NCBI GenBank assembly: GCA_963846365.1
Contig: CAWJVN010000002.1
Span: 692,157 to 756,156 of the forward strand
Origin: an uncultured Chloroflexia bacterium
GTDB lineage: Bacteria > Chloroflexota > Dormibacteria > Aeolococcales > Aeolococcaceae
Length of the DNA: 64,000 bases
Direction of reading: 5' to 3'
Part shown: positions 52,104 to 62,608 of the stretch, piece after piece
How positions within the stretch are numbered: the first letter of the stretch is position 1
Layout: every line of letters begins with the position of its first letter
Notes under the pieces: generated by a model
Told to the model about the DNA's origin: nothing
Database searches by the model: none
The model's input: the letters and a program-made list of their open reading frames with translations, nothing else
Made by a program: the position numbers and the translations under genes

Positions 52104-53075
52104 TCAGCTCGCGGCGTAGGTGGCGAGCTTCGGCTCGCTGTCGATGTGGTGCTCGCCGGTCAGGACCATGAGGTCGCGGTCGATCTCGACGGACTCGCTC
52201 GCCGCTTGGCCCGGGTCCACGCCCGGCATGGCGCCCTGGGCGCAGACGGAGCGGTCGATGCGGCCGGGATCGGCGCCACCCGGATGGGTCAGGGCGTCCA
52301 TGACGACGGCGAAGTAGACCGCGTCGTAGACGGCCTGGATGTGCTCGACGTAGCGACCGGGGCAGATGTCCTGGACGGCGATGTTCGACGCGCCCTTGAG
52401 GCCGGCGCTCTCGTCCCAGGGATTGCCGGAGCCGCCGGCCACCCAGACGAACTGGTCGGTGCGCGAGAAGACCGAGGTGTAGGAGATCGGACCGGGGGTC
52501 TCGCTCCCGGAGTTGAGGGCGGCGAGGAACTTCGAGTCGGGCTTCATCTGCCAGAAGGGAGCGATGCAGCTGCTTGCGCAGATGCCCTGGGTCTCGGTGA
52601 ACCCGTGGCCCACCCCGGCCATGGCGACGAGGTGGTCGACGAGCTGCGGGATGTCGGGCCAGTACTTGATGGCCCAACGCGGCTCGAGGGGACCCTGGCT
52701 GAAGCCGACCACGTCCACCTTGCGGTTCGAGCGCTCCGCGATGAAGCGGATGGCGTGGACGACGTACTCGGCCGAGACCTGGATGTCGGCCCGGGCCCGG
52801 TCGGGCAGGTTCACCGCGCAGACGTCGTAGCCCTTGGCCGGCAGGACCTTGCCGTAGTTCCACGACCAGTTCGAGTTGGCGGTCAGGGTGGTGCCGTGGA
52901 CCAAGAGGACCGGGTTGTGCGCGCCCGAGAAGGTGGCCGGGCACTTGAGCGCGCCCGTCAGGGTGTCCTCCGACACCTGGAGGGTCGGTCCGACGGCCGC
53001 ACGGGCCGTCGCCGGCTGCACGAGCACGCACCCGATGACGAAGAGGGCTGCGAGGATGGTCGGTACACGTCGCAT
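52104..53075 (-). CDS. Secreted lipase/esterase (lipase class 2-like)
   Basis: Signal peptide MRRVPTILAALFVIGCVLVQPATARA; PVLLVHGT oxyanion region; VVGFSQG nucleophile elbow. Confidence 0.65.
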   Translation of the reverse strand: MRRVPTILAALFVIGCVLVQPATARAAVGPTLQVSEDTLTGALKCPATFSGAHNPVLLVHGTTLTANSNWSWNYGKVLPAKGYDVCAVNLPDRARADIQVSAEYVVHAIRFIAERSNRKVDVVGFSQGPLEPRWAIKYWPDIPQLVDHLVAMAGVGHGFTETQGICASSCIAPFWQMKPDSKFLAALNSGSETPGPISYTSVFSRTDQFVWVAGGSGNPWDESAGLKGASNIAVQDICPGRYVEHIQAVYDAVYFAVVMDALTHPGGADPGRIDRSVCAQGAMPGVDPGQAASESVEIDRDLMVLTGEHHIDSEPKLATYAAS

Positions 53076-53715
53076 CGTGGAGATCCCCCTTGGAGGCCGA
53101 GGTCTCCCTGCCGCCAGCCGAAAGGCTGACATGTGATGCGCAAATTCAAGCAGCGGCCGGGTGGCCGGGCCACCTGCGCATGCATGTGTCCGGCATCGGA
53201 GTGGTGCCCGGCGCGCACCCTCCCGCGACAGGGTCGCCGGAGGGGGTGCGCCGTGGGCGTGGATAGGATGCGGCGATGCCCGATGTCGTGGTGGTCACCG
53301 CGCGGGCCCCGACCTTCGCGTCCGGCGATCACCCGGGGTGGCCCGCTGGGAGTAGAGGCTCTGGGGAGGCATGGCGCGTTGAGCTGGTCGAGGACCGGCC
53401 CCGTCCAGGCTTCGTGGGCTACTACCACGCGCATGCCTGGGAGGTCGCATCTACGCCGAAACGGGCCGGATCCTCAGCACCACCAGCTGCAAGCGGTCGC
53501 CCCGTCTGGCGAGGCCACCATGGAGCACGCAAGGGTGTTGGAACCTTCCTTGACCGGCGGGGGACATCTCCCAGGCGACGAGATGGACAGACCGGACTCA
53601 GCGAGCCGAGCGAGGTCGTGGCGGAGGCGTGGAGCGATCACAATGGAAGCTCCACGAGGCGGGAATCGTCGCCTGACCTTCCTGACCGAAGGAGATGGTG
53701 TGCGAGGATTGACGC

Positions 53716-54732
53716 GTGCTATTGATGGTCCGCCGCTTGCTCGGCCGTGCTCCGGAGCACCGCCCGTGCCAGCCTGGTCGGCGAGCTGGCCGCCCGGTCA
53801 CCCTGCCGGGCACGACCAGCAACGCGGCAGCCAATGCCCCCTGCCAGTCCCGGGTGGCGCGGGTGCGCCTTCTCGGCCTCCTGCTCGCCACCGCGATCGC
53901 CCTCCCCTGCCTGGCGAGCTGCGGTAGCGACGATGGGTTCATTGGCCCGCACAACTGCTCTCCCCTCGGCAAGTGGGGACGACCGATGGGTCCGACACCG
54001 CGAGCTCCTCTGATCCCGGCACGGGGATCCCATGCGCTCACCCTCACCGACGCTGACACCAACGGTCTGGTCGAGGTGCATCCTGGTGACCATCTGGCGG
54101 TGCGACTTGCCAACGCCTTTGAATTCTGGAAGGAGCCCGACTCCGATGGCGCGATCATCCACAAAGACACGGGCGGCACCTGCAGCGATGGCTCCGCGAC
54201 TGCGGACTTCACCGCAATAAAACCGGGCTCGACGGTCGTGTCGTCGGAGACCGATCTACCCTGCTTCCATTCCCGCCCTGCCTGCGCACCGCCCCAGATG
54301 GGAATCGCCTTCTTCGTGGTGGTGCTACCTGCAGGCGAGTCAATTCCCGCACCCACCGTCGTAGCCGCGCCGAACGCTGACACGGTCACCGTCACGGTCG
54401 CGGACGTCGCATCGGTCATCGACCTCCGCCTCGACAACGGCCCAGCCTTCGGGGGGGTACGAGTCCCCAGCAGGCTGGCCGTCCAACTCCCTGGGGGCAG
54501 CGGGTCTTGGAGGTACCTCCAAAAGGGGCAATACCCCCCGCTGTACAAGGTGGAGCAGAGCACAAGCTCCGACGGGTCTGCGTCGTGGATCTTCGACGTG
54601 AACGGCGACGCGTCGTCCGAGCTCGTCTTCGCCTCGCTGCCCGCGCCCTGTGAAACCCATGCACCGGCGTGCCATGGCTCTCACCAGATCGTCTTCCGGG
54701 TGGTGTCGAGACAGTTGTTGGCACCGCCATGA
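53716..54732 (+). CDS. Lipoprotein with two related beta-rich domains (possibly chagasin/I42-like inhibitor fold)
   Basis: Lipobox LPCLASCGSDD (a start around 53854 is more likely than 53716); two internal repeats of about 110 aa. Confidence 0.45.
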   Translation: MLLMVRRLLGRAPEHRPCQPGRRAGRPVTLPGTTSNAAANAPCQSRVARVRLLGLLLATAIALPCLASCGSDDGFIGPHNCSPLGKWGRPMGPTPRAPLIPARGSHALTLTDADTNGLVEVHPGDHLAVRLANAFEFWKEPDSDGAIIHKDTGGTCSDGSATADFTAIKPGSTVVSSETDLPCFHSRPACAPPQMGIAFFVVVLPAGESIPAPTVVAAPNADTVTVTVADVASVIDLRLDNGPAFGGVRVPSRLAVQLPGGSGSWRYLQKGQYPPLYKVEQSTSSDGSASWIFDVNGDASSELVFASLPAPCETHAPACHGSHQIVFRVVSRQLLAPP

Positions 54733-55314
54733 TTCGGGTGCAGTTCAATGGCCGAGGACGTCATAGGGCGCGAATGGTGGCGCTTCTTCTCGAGGTGGGC
54801 CTTGCAGCTGGTGCAATCGGCTGCGGGGAGTTCAGGGGCGCCATATCCACCACCAGGGGTGACCCCGACGCCTCTAGGGGTGCTGCCGTCGCCCGCGCCA
54901 CAGAGCCCGATTTCAGAGACGAACAGGACGCCAGAGCCCACGTGCTGCACGCCCCCGCCTCCCACGGCCCTCGCCTCTAGCCCACCAACGAACGTCAGCA
55001 CACAATCCCTCATGCTGGGTAACACCTCGAACGGCAAGGTGTTCGAGGTTCGGATGGGCACGCTCGTCTCTGTTCACATCACCTTCCCTGCGCGTGGCTA
55101 CCAATTGACACCGATCGAGGTGTTGAACCCCGCTGTGCTCACCTCCACGTCCGGGCGCGTCGCGGACGGCACGGTGACAGGCACCTACGTCGCTGCTGAG
55201 GCCGGTCAGACCGGACTGGTCGCCTGGGCTGACCCGAACTGCCTGCGAAGCTCGCCACGCTGCGAGGCGTCGTCGTTGGGATGGAGCGTCGTCATTCGGG
55301 TGTCTGGTCGGTAG
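54669..55314 (+). CDS. Second lipoprotein of the same family, frame disruption near 54760
   Basis: Signal/lipobox MVALLLEVGLAAGAIGCGE in one frame; domain (FEVRMGTLVSVHITFPARGYQLTPIEVLNPAVL...LVAWADPNC) in the next frame. Confidence 0.35.
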
Positions 55315-55581
55315 GACCGACCCGTCGGCAAGGCATCCGCGGTCCATTCGCCGAACGCGGCCACCCTGGAGCACCCTACGGTCCCCCGACCTACCTCGAG
55401 CCCGGCGGAGGTGGGAGGGGCCGACCGAGCGTACCTGGTCTTTGCCGTGCAGCCTGCCAGTCGTCGGGCCAGTTGACGTCGTCGCTGACCAGTTCCAAGT
55501 CCACGATGTCCCGGCTGTTGTAAGCCGCGTACGCCTGCAGCAGGAGTTCTCGGTGGTCCGCCCGCACGACGGTGGGCGCCG

Positions 55582-56281
55582 TCACAGCCCGAGGATCAGG
55601 TCGCGGACGGCGGCGGGCTGGGAGAGGAATGGGTGGTGGCCGGCGTCGAGTTCCACGACGCTGGCTGCTCGACCGGCGAACTCGCGTTGCAGGTCGGCCG
55701 GGGTGCCCTGGTCTTGCGCGCAGACGAGGTACGTCGAGGGCACGTGCTGCCAGGCCGCAGACTGCACCGGCTGCTCGAGGACCGCCAGGCTCTGCCGGGC
55801 CGTCTTGTCCATGGCCTGTCGCTGGATCTCCGGATCGCAGTCCTGCAGGAACGTCTCGGCCAGGGCCTCCGGCCGGACAGTGAACGTGCCGCCCTCGGGA
55901 TCGATGTCGAGGAACGGGGCGGGCTCCTCACCGCCGAACGAGGAGAGGCTCTGCCCGACCTCGGGCAGGTAGCTGGACACGAGCAGCAGATGGCGCACGG
56001 CGTCGACGCCCGCCGCTGCCTCCGCGGTGACGATGCCGCCGTAGCTGTGGGCGACCACGACGGTCGGCTCGTCGCTCGCGGTCAAGACTTGCCGGACCGA
56101 GGCGACATCCTCGGCCAGCCCGGGTCCTTGCGCGCTCCGTCGGCTCACCCGTCTCGCCGCAGCTGGGCAGGGCGGGCGCCTCGCTGGCAACGCCCCGCTC
56201 GGCCAGCAGCTCACCGGTTCGGTGCCACCACCACGATCCGTCCTTGACGCATGCCCCATGCACGAAAACGACCCTCATCAT
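55582..56281 (-). CDS. Alpha/beta hydrolase, paralog of 7186-7919, frame disruption near 56120
   Basis: MMRVVFVHGACVKDGSWWWHRTGELLAERG (frame a) and ...VVVAHSYGGIVTAEAA...GHHPFLSQP (frame b). Confidence 0.55.
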
Positions 56282-56355
56282 GACCTCCTCGTCGTGTCTC
56301 GATCTGACCGCGAGGAATAGTAGACGTATCGTTCGTTACGTGAAAAGATGACGCG

Positions 56356-56904
56356 ATGGGCAGGCAGCGCCAACCGCAGATCAAGCAGCGGCTTCTCGAC
56401 GCGTGCACCGACTACGCGCTCGAGCACGGGCTCCCCGATCGGCTCGGGCCGTTGGCGGCCGCCGCGGGCACCTCGAGCCGGATGCTGATCTACCACTTCG
56501 AGACCCGTGACGGACTGCTCCGCGAGGTACTGGGACAGGCCCGGCAGCGCCAGGTCGAGGTCTTCACCGAGCTCATACGCCTGCGACCCGACGAGCCCTA
56601 CCCGGTGACCCTGGCCCGCGCATGGTCGGCGATCTCCGGGCCGCAGGGCGAGCCCTACCTGCGCATGTTCAGCCGGCTGCACGTCACCGCGGGAGAACCA
56701 CTCTGGCCTGGCTTCCGGCGGACCGCGACCACCGACTGGCTCGCACCGCTCGAGGCCGGCATGCGCAGCCTCGGCCGACCCGAGCTTGCCACCGTCGTGC
56801 TCGCCGTCATCCGTGGCCTCCTCATGGACCTTGACGCAACCGGCAACACCACACGCACGCACCGGGCCTTCGCCGACTTCCTCACTACGATCGACAGCGC
56901 CTGA
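56356..56904 (+). CDS. TetR family transcriptional regulator
   Basis: N-terminal HTH IKQRLLDACTDYALEHGLPDRLGPLAAAAGTSSRMLIYHFETRDGLL; divergent from the hydrolase gene. Confidence 0.75.
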   Translation: MGRQRQPQIKQRLLDACTDYALEHGLPDRLGPLAAAAGTSSRMLIYHFETRDGLLREVLGQARQRQVEVFTELIRLRPDEPYPVTLARAWSAISGPQGEPYLRMFSRLHVTAGEPLWPGFRRTATTDWLAPLEAGMRSLGRPELATVVLAVIRGLLMDLDATGNTTRTHRAFADFLTTIDSA

Positions 56905-57132
56905 CAACCCGGAAGGACGCGTTGCCGGAGGGCTCGCTTCCAGCCGTGGTCCTGCCGCGGCGCATCTGGTCGTCGACGGCGCAGGGGCCGCCAACGACGC
57001 CGACGTGGCCTCAGGGCGCCCATCTCTCCAGCGCGCTCATCCGCGTGGCGCGACCGGGGCCGGTCATCGCGGCGCCAGAGAGCTGCGCGGCCCGGACCGC
57101 GCCGGAGCCGCGTCATCGGGCAGAGTCTCGGC

Positions 57133-57504
57133 ATGAATGAGGGCCCGCTCGAGACGCTCCGCCGGTTGTGCATGACGCTTCCCGAGACGACGGAGCGGCT
57201 CAGCCACGGCGAACCGACTTGGTTCGTCCGCGGCAAGAAGACGTTCGTGATGTATGCGGATCACCACCATGACGACCGGCTGGCATTTTGGTGCGCGGCG
57301 CCAGTCGGTGCCCAGCAAGCGCTGATCGCGTCGGAGCCGGAGCGCTTCTTCGTTCCCCTGTATGTGGGTTACCGAGGCTGGCTCGGCGTATGGTTGGACG
57401 TGCCGGTCGACTGGGGCGAGATCGAGGACTTGGTTCTCGATGCCTACCGGGCGGTCGCGCCGCGCCGGTTGCTGGACGAACTAGACGCGCGCAACCAGCC
57501 GTGA
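57133..57504 (+). CDS. MmcQ/YjbR family DNA-binding protein
   Basis: LRRLCMTLPETTERLSHGEPTWFVRGKKTFVMY... is typical of YjbR/MmcQ. Confidence 0.65.
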   Translation: MNEGPLETLRRLCMTLPETTERLSHGEPTWFVRGKKTFVMYADHHHDDRLAFWCAAPVGAQQALIASEPERFFVPLYVGYRGWLGVWLDVPVDWGEIEDLVLDAYRAVAPRRLLDELDARNQP

Positions 57505-57813
57505 AATCTCCGTCCGGGAGTGCGACGCCCACCACCAGCGGGCGCTCCTGTCTGAGTGGGCCGAGGCACGCCACCCTGGCTTAGGTCACGGAACCGGAAT
57601 GTAGCTTGAGGCCGCGGGCCAACCCGGGAACGAAACGCCCAAGGTCGATCGAGGGCCGCCAAGGTACGTGGACGAGGACCGCTGGAGTGCCTTGGCACCA
57701 CTGGCACACCCCGCCCGGGTCCCCTCGGGGTTCCCGCGACTTGGTTTCTGGTGCCGGTTCGACCCTGAGCCCGGTAAACGATCTCGGGCCATCCCTTTGG
57801 TGAGTGGCAGATC

Positions 57814-60800
57814 TCAAAGACCGAGACGGTCAAGGCGCTGAAGCAGGCTGACCTTCTGCGGGTGCTGTGCACGCAGCTGCCGGACACGCTGATCGAACGC
57901 ATCGGAGCGCCCTTTTCGCACGCCAACCGCCTGTAGATCTTTGAGTAGCCGCACGGCTTCCTCATACTGAGCGGGCTTTCTTTGCTCAATGAGGGTGTGC
58001 ACCTGCTGCCACGTCGGCTCCTCTCGAAGCGCTAGGGCCTTCAGACGCTTGTCGTAGGCGACCGCCGCCTCACGCTCCCGGCGTGCTCGCTCCTGTGCCT
58101 TCCGCTCCGCGGCGAGCCGCTCCCGGTCTTTACGACGGGCATCCGCTGCCGTGAGCAGCTCAGCCACGGTACGCGCCCTGTCGGCGGCCACGGTAGGTAT
58201 GTTTGAGTACCGTCGTAGAAGCTGCAGCAGCTCAGCTCGGACATATGCACCGTCACCACTAATCGTCCTCAGCAACAGCGCGCTTTTTACGGCCATTGGG
58301 AGCGCCTCGATGCACCGCGCCGTCTCGCCGTCCGAGTCGGAATCTACCGTCGAACTCTGGGCTGGTGGCAGCTGCTACGGCGAGAAGGTCGTCGTCAATA
58401 CGCAGGAATTCGACAAGGCTTCGGAGCGAAGGCGTCAGCCGGGTCAAGTTCGCAGGTACTGGCGGCTCTGGGTCGTGGTCCGCGAGCTCGCCTGCCTGCA
58501 CGCAGAGTAACCAGCCGAGGTAGAGGGCGCGGAGGTCGCCGGCTGCCATTTCGGCCCGTACCGGGATGATCGATGTCAACCAGCCGTGGCCGTCCTCGTC
58601 GAAGTCTCCGTCCTCGATTTGGGAACTCAGGTCCAAGACCACATGCTCGCTCGTGACCCACGCGCTCGCAGCGTCGGCACCGCAGTACGTGGCGGCCGTC
58701 TCGATGTCGAGCAGCCCCTTGGGCAGTCTGATCATCAGCTGGCTGTGTTCCAGTTTGTGAGGTAGAGAAAGGCATCGAAGTACCTCTCCATCAACTTGCG
58801 CGGATCGCCGCGGAAGTTGCCCCACTCGTAGGTGTTGACGAAGCTCGTGGTCGTGATGCGGGCGCGAGATGAGAGCGCGCGAAGCTCGGCGAGCTGGCGC
58901 TCGTCCAGCGGACGGTCCACCGCAGGAACTCGTAGTACTGGTACTCACTCACGCAGTTCAGTCCACCAAGCGCAGGACTGCGCGTCCGGATGAGCGTGTG
59001 TTCTTTATCTGCGCGCGCTTGCCCAAGAGGAGCTCGCGGTGCATGCCGGAGCGCGCTGTTGCCGCCTCGAGAACCTCGGACGCGAGCGCGACCCTGCCGG
59101 CTTCGACCGCGGCGTTGGCCATCGCGGTGACCGGCATCCACCAGTCGCTTCCGAGCCGATGCGCCGCCACCACGAAGCGGTCGAACGACCGCGTCGCGAC
59201 GTAGAGCCAGGCGGCCAGCTGCAGTGCCGCGTCCGCCTGGTGGCTGAGATGCACTGTGCGGTGCTCGTCGGCGAGTTGCAGGAGGATGTCCTCGACCTCG
59301 GCGACGTCACCCCTCTTCGTCGTTCGGAAAGGTGCGGTTTCCCGCTTGTGGAGCAGACCCCAATCCTCCCAGACGCAGAGCTCGCAGAGGTCGGCGTGGC
59401 GATCCGCCCGCGCGATGCCGGTCGCCTCCCACGGGAGCGCCGCGTAGGATGCCAGCGCGTTGCCGATCGTACTGGCTACGGCCCCGTCAGAGTCGCGTAG
59501 CCCGGCCTCGAAGGCCTCGATGCCCGCGGTGACCAGTGCGCGCCAGAGCGCCAGCCGCGCCGCGGGAGCGTTGGCTCGCTTGCCGTCCATCTCGAGAGCG
59601 GCTTCCTCCAGCTCGATTGCGATGCCGAAGCTGCCGCGCCGGCCGGCGCGCTCGCCCTCGATGAGGTCAGCGAAGAAATCGCAGTCGGTCCGCGGTGAGA
59701 TTGGAAAGAAGTCCCAATGACCGCGCAATGCTCGGGTCTGGAGCCGCCGGCGGGGCGTGTCGCGCATGGGCGGTGTGACCTCGCGGCTGCCGAGGGACTG
59801 TGCCAAAACCTTGCGCCGGGCCTTTGCGAGGATGGGCCTGGGGTCCTCCACGCCGGCCACGATGTGACGCGCGTCGATCCCCGCAGCGGCGAGGCGGCGC
59901 TCAAGGTCGTGGAGGTGGCTGTCCTTGGCCTCCCAGTCGCGGCCGCGCCAGAGGTCGCGCCCCTGGTCGAGGATGGCGCCTTCCAACGCCTGCCAGTCAC
60001 CCCCGAAGTCGGTCACGCACAGGAGGCAGAACCAGAGGTCCCAGTGCGACCACTCGGTGGACCCGAAGCGCATCCACGGCTCGGGTCCGAAAATCGGCGA
60101 TCGCCTCACCGTCAACAGCCGAAGCCCGAGCCGGGCCCCACCGCGCGTCCGTGCAGCGCCTCGAGGGCGATGGCCCTCCCGGCATCGGTGAGCCCGTAGC
60201 GGCGGTCGCGCCAGTCGCCGCCCGTCGACAGGAGGCCGAGCGCCCGGCAGCGGTTGAGGGTGGCGTGCATCACCCATGAGATCGACCGCGCATCGGGCGG
60301 TGCGTCGGTTCGCCTGTCCCAGAACCCCGCCTCAGCGACGGCCGGGGCGATCGAGGCGGTGATCTCGCTGGGGGCCAGAGTATCGGCGGAGATCAGGAGC
60401 GCGAGGGCGAGCTCTCCGCAGGCGGCGGTGAACGGATCATCGTCGATCAGGGCCGCGGCGACCGCCCGCGCGAGAGCGGGCGGGTCTGCCAGGAGCCTGG
60501 CCCCTTTCGGCGTGAGCCTGAGCATGCCGCCAGAGCGGCTGGCCAGCCGCAGACGCTGGACGATGTGGCGGACCTCCGCGAGGTCGCCGACGTCATGCTC
60601 GCCGCGTGGCGGTGTCTCGTCGTGCCAGCCGAAGCGCGCCGCCGCCGACCGCACGAAGGCGCAATTGAGGTGGCCCGTCTGGGTGAGTGCCAGGCCCCCA
60701 GCGAGCTGCTCCAGCAGCCAGCGCAGTGGCGCGGGCGCCTCCCCAAGCACCGCGGGACTCATCTCGGGTGGCCGTCGGATCCGATCGATGACGGGAGACA

Positions 60801-61649
60801 GGATGCCGCCTCGGGCCTCGCTACGTGGGCCACCAAGCCAGGTCTTGATGCGCTCCGCAACGATCACCTCGGCGAGAGTCGGGCCGTCCTGGTCGAGCCG
60901 TGGCGAGGTCAGATGGACGCGGAGCACCTCCTGCTGGCGCCTCCGCCAGCCGTGGCGGCCAGGGACGAGATCGCCCGCCGCCACGGCGCGCTCGAGAGCG
61001 TCGGCGCAGGATGAGCGAGCCCGCGCCTCGGCCCAGCCCATCATCAACCGCCACCCGAGCTCGGGCAGGTCGGGGGGCTCGTCCCCGATCCGACATTGGC
61101 GCGTCGGTATGCGGTCAGCCCCGCCCGCTCACCGGCCGCATTGGCGCGCAGGACCCCCTGAGTGACGGGAGAGCGGCAGATCGCCGCATAGAGCGAGAGG
61201 CCGAGGTCGTCGAGAACCCGCGCGAGGGCGGCCGCAATGTACAGGCTGTGGTCGGGATCCTCCGCGACGCTGAGGGGCAGCTGGTACCACAGGTTGTCCT
61301 GCAGCAGCTCGCGGGTGAGGCGACCCGGCCCCTCGTCGTCGAGCAGCCAGTCGAGGGCTGCCTCCACTTCGGCGGCGGCCGTCGGATCATCGCTCTGAAG
61401 TGTCGCGATGGCTTCGGCAACGGAGTGGCGCGGCTCACCCAACACGGTGGCATATGGTGCACGGAGCACCACACCTTGGGGAAGGGTCGGGCCAACGCCA
61501 GCCTGTCGCGCCGGAGCCGAACGCAACCCGCAGAACCGATCGAGGGGCACATCACAGGCGTCAACGTGGCCTCGGGGGCAGCGCGCTACCAGGGCACGGC
61601 GCGAGACCACCGGGCGTGGCGCCGGCACCACACGAGAGAGCGGCGTCAA
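57814..61649 (-). other. Uncharacterised Ala/Leu/Arg-rich helical protein locus: four or five consecutive minus-strand ORFs (61044-61649, 60112-61047, 58958-60277, 58259-58948, 57814-58296) overlapping by 4-38 nt; possibly a single ~1270-codon gene
   Basis: No enzymatic or NTPase motif recognised; pieces abut or overlap in adjacent frames, like the other frame-disrupted genes here. Confidence 0.3.
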
Positions 61650-61660
61650 CGCCTTCGTGC

Positions 61661-62068
61661 TCAGGGTTCGCGACGGCGGACCTTCGACGACCGACGAAGC
61701 TTGGCGTCAAACCGATCGAAGCTGACCACCTCGGCGAGGCCGCGATCCTCGGCCGCCGCGATCAGGTAGGCGTCGGCGAAGTCGAACCCTGGCTGGATGT
61801 AGAGGTCCACCGCCCTGGCGATCCGCTGGGGGTGCTCAAGCTCGATGGCCGCCAGCCCCATGACGGCGGCGATGAAGTGTGCGACTTTGGCCCGCGATTG
61901 ATGGTACGGCCCCTCGAGGACGAAGACCATCTCGGCGAGGTGGACGTCGAAGAAGAGGAGTTGGCGGGGCTGGGCGGTGCCGAGAAATGCGGTTGCCCGC
62001 GAGGCCTGGTCGGGCGGGTCCCCGGTGAGGTGCCGGACCAAAACGTTGGTGTCGAGGACCTCGGTCAC
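61661..62068 (-). CDS. vapC: Type II toxin VapC (PIN domain ribonuclease)
   Basis: MTEVLDTNVLVRHL (Asp-6), ...FDFADAYLIAAAEDRGLAEVVSFD; 4-nt overlap with the upstream antitoxin. Confidence 0.75.
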   Translation of the reverse strand: MTEVLDTNVLVRHLTGDPPDQASRATAFLGTAQPRQLLFFDVHLAEMVFVLEGPYHQSRAKVAHFIAAVMGLAAIELEHPQRIARAVDLYIQPGFDFADAYLIAAAEDRGLAEVVSFDRFDAKLRRSSKVRRREP

Positions 62069-62355
62069 CCCTTTGCCGGGGGCCGTTGGGCGCGCGATGC
62101 GCGAGCCCGAGCACGGATCTCCTCCCAGGATGCGCTGCGGAGGTCGGGTGGAACGGGGACAGCCCCGGCGAGGGAGAGGAGGTTTGGGTAGGTGCGCAGA
62201 GACGCACGCGGCGTGACGCCTGGATGTTCGACGGTCACGCCCTCCGGCTCGAGGTGGAAGATCACCCGCGTGCCGGGCTGGAGTTGTAGGGCGCGGCGGA
62301 CCGCGGCCGGGATGGTGACCTGGCCCTTGGTGGTGACGGTCGCGGGGACGTCCAT
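62065..62355 (-). CDS. vapB: Type II antitoxin, AbrB/MazE/SpoVT-type (VapB)
   Basis: TVTTKGQVTIPAAVRRALQLQPGTRV swapped-hairpin motif. Confidence 0.7.
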   Translation of the reverse strand: MDVPATVTTKGQVTIPAAVRRALQLQPGTRVIFHLEPEGVTVEHPGVTPRASLRTYPNLLSLAGAVPVPPDLRSASWEEIRARARASRAQRPPAKG

Positions 62356-62608
62356 TTCCTTACTTTATCATGAGGTAAGGCGTAAGGAGCCCCGCCGTGT
62401 CGAGCGATCCGAGCCGACGCCCAGCGAGACCACCGTGGACCAGCCCACGATACCGCAACGTTCCTTGATCACTCTCGACCCCAACACCCTCGGTACCTCT
62501 CCAAGTGCTCGCTTCGGCGGTTCCTCCTCGAGCAACCGCAGCTGGCGTGACGCTGTTCCAGGAAGTGCCGCGGAGCTTCCGCACGGTGATCACCGCGGCA
62601 GCGCTCGA

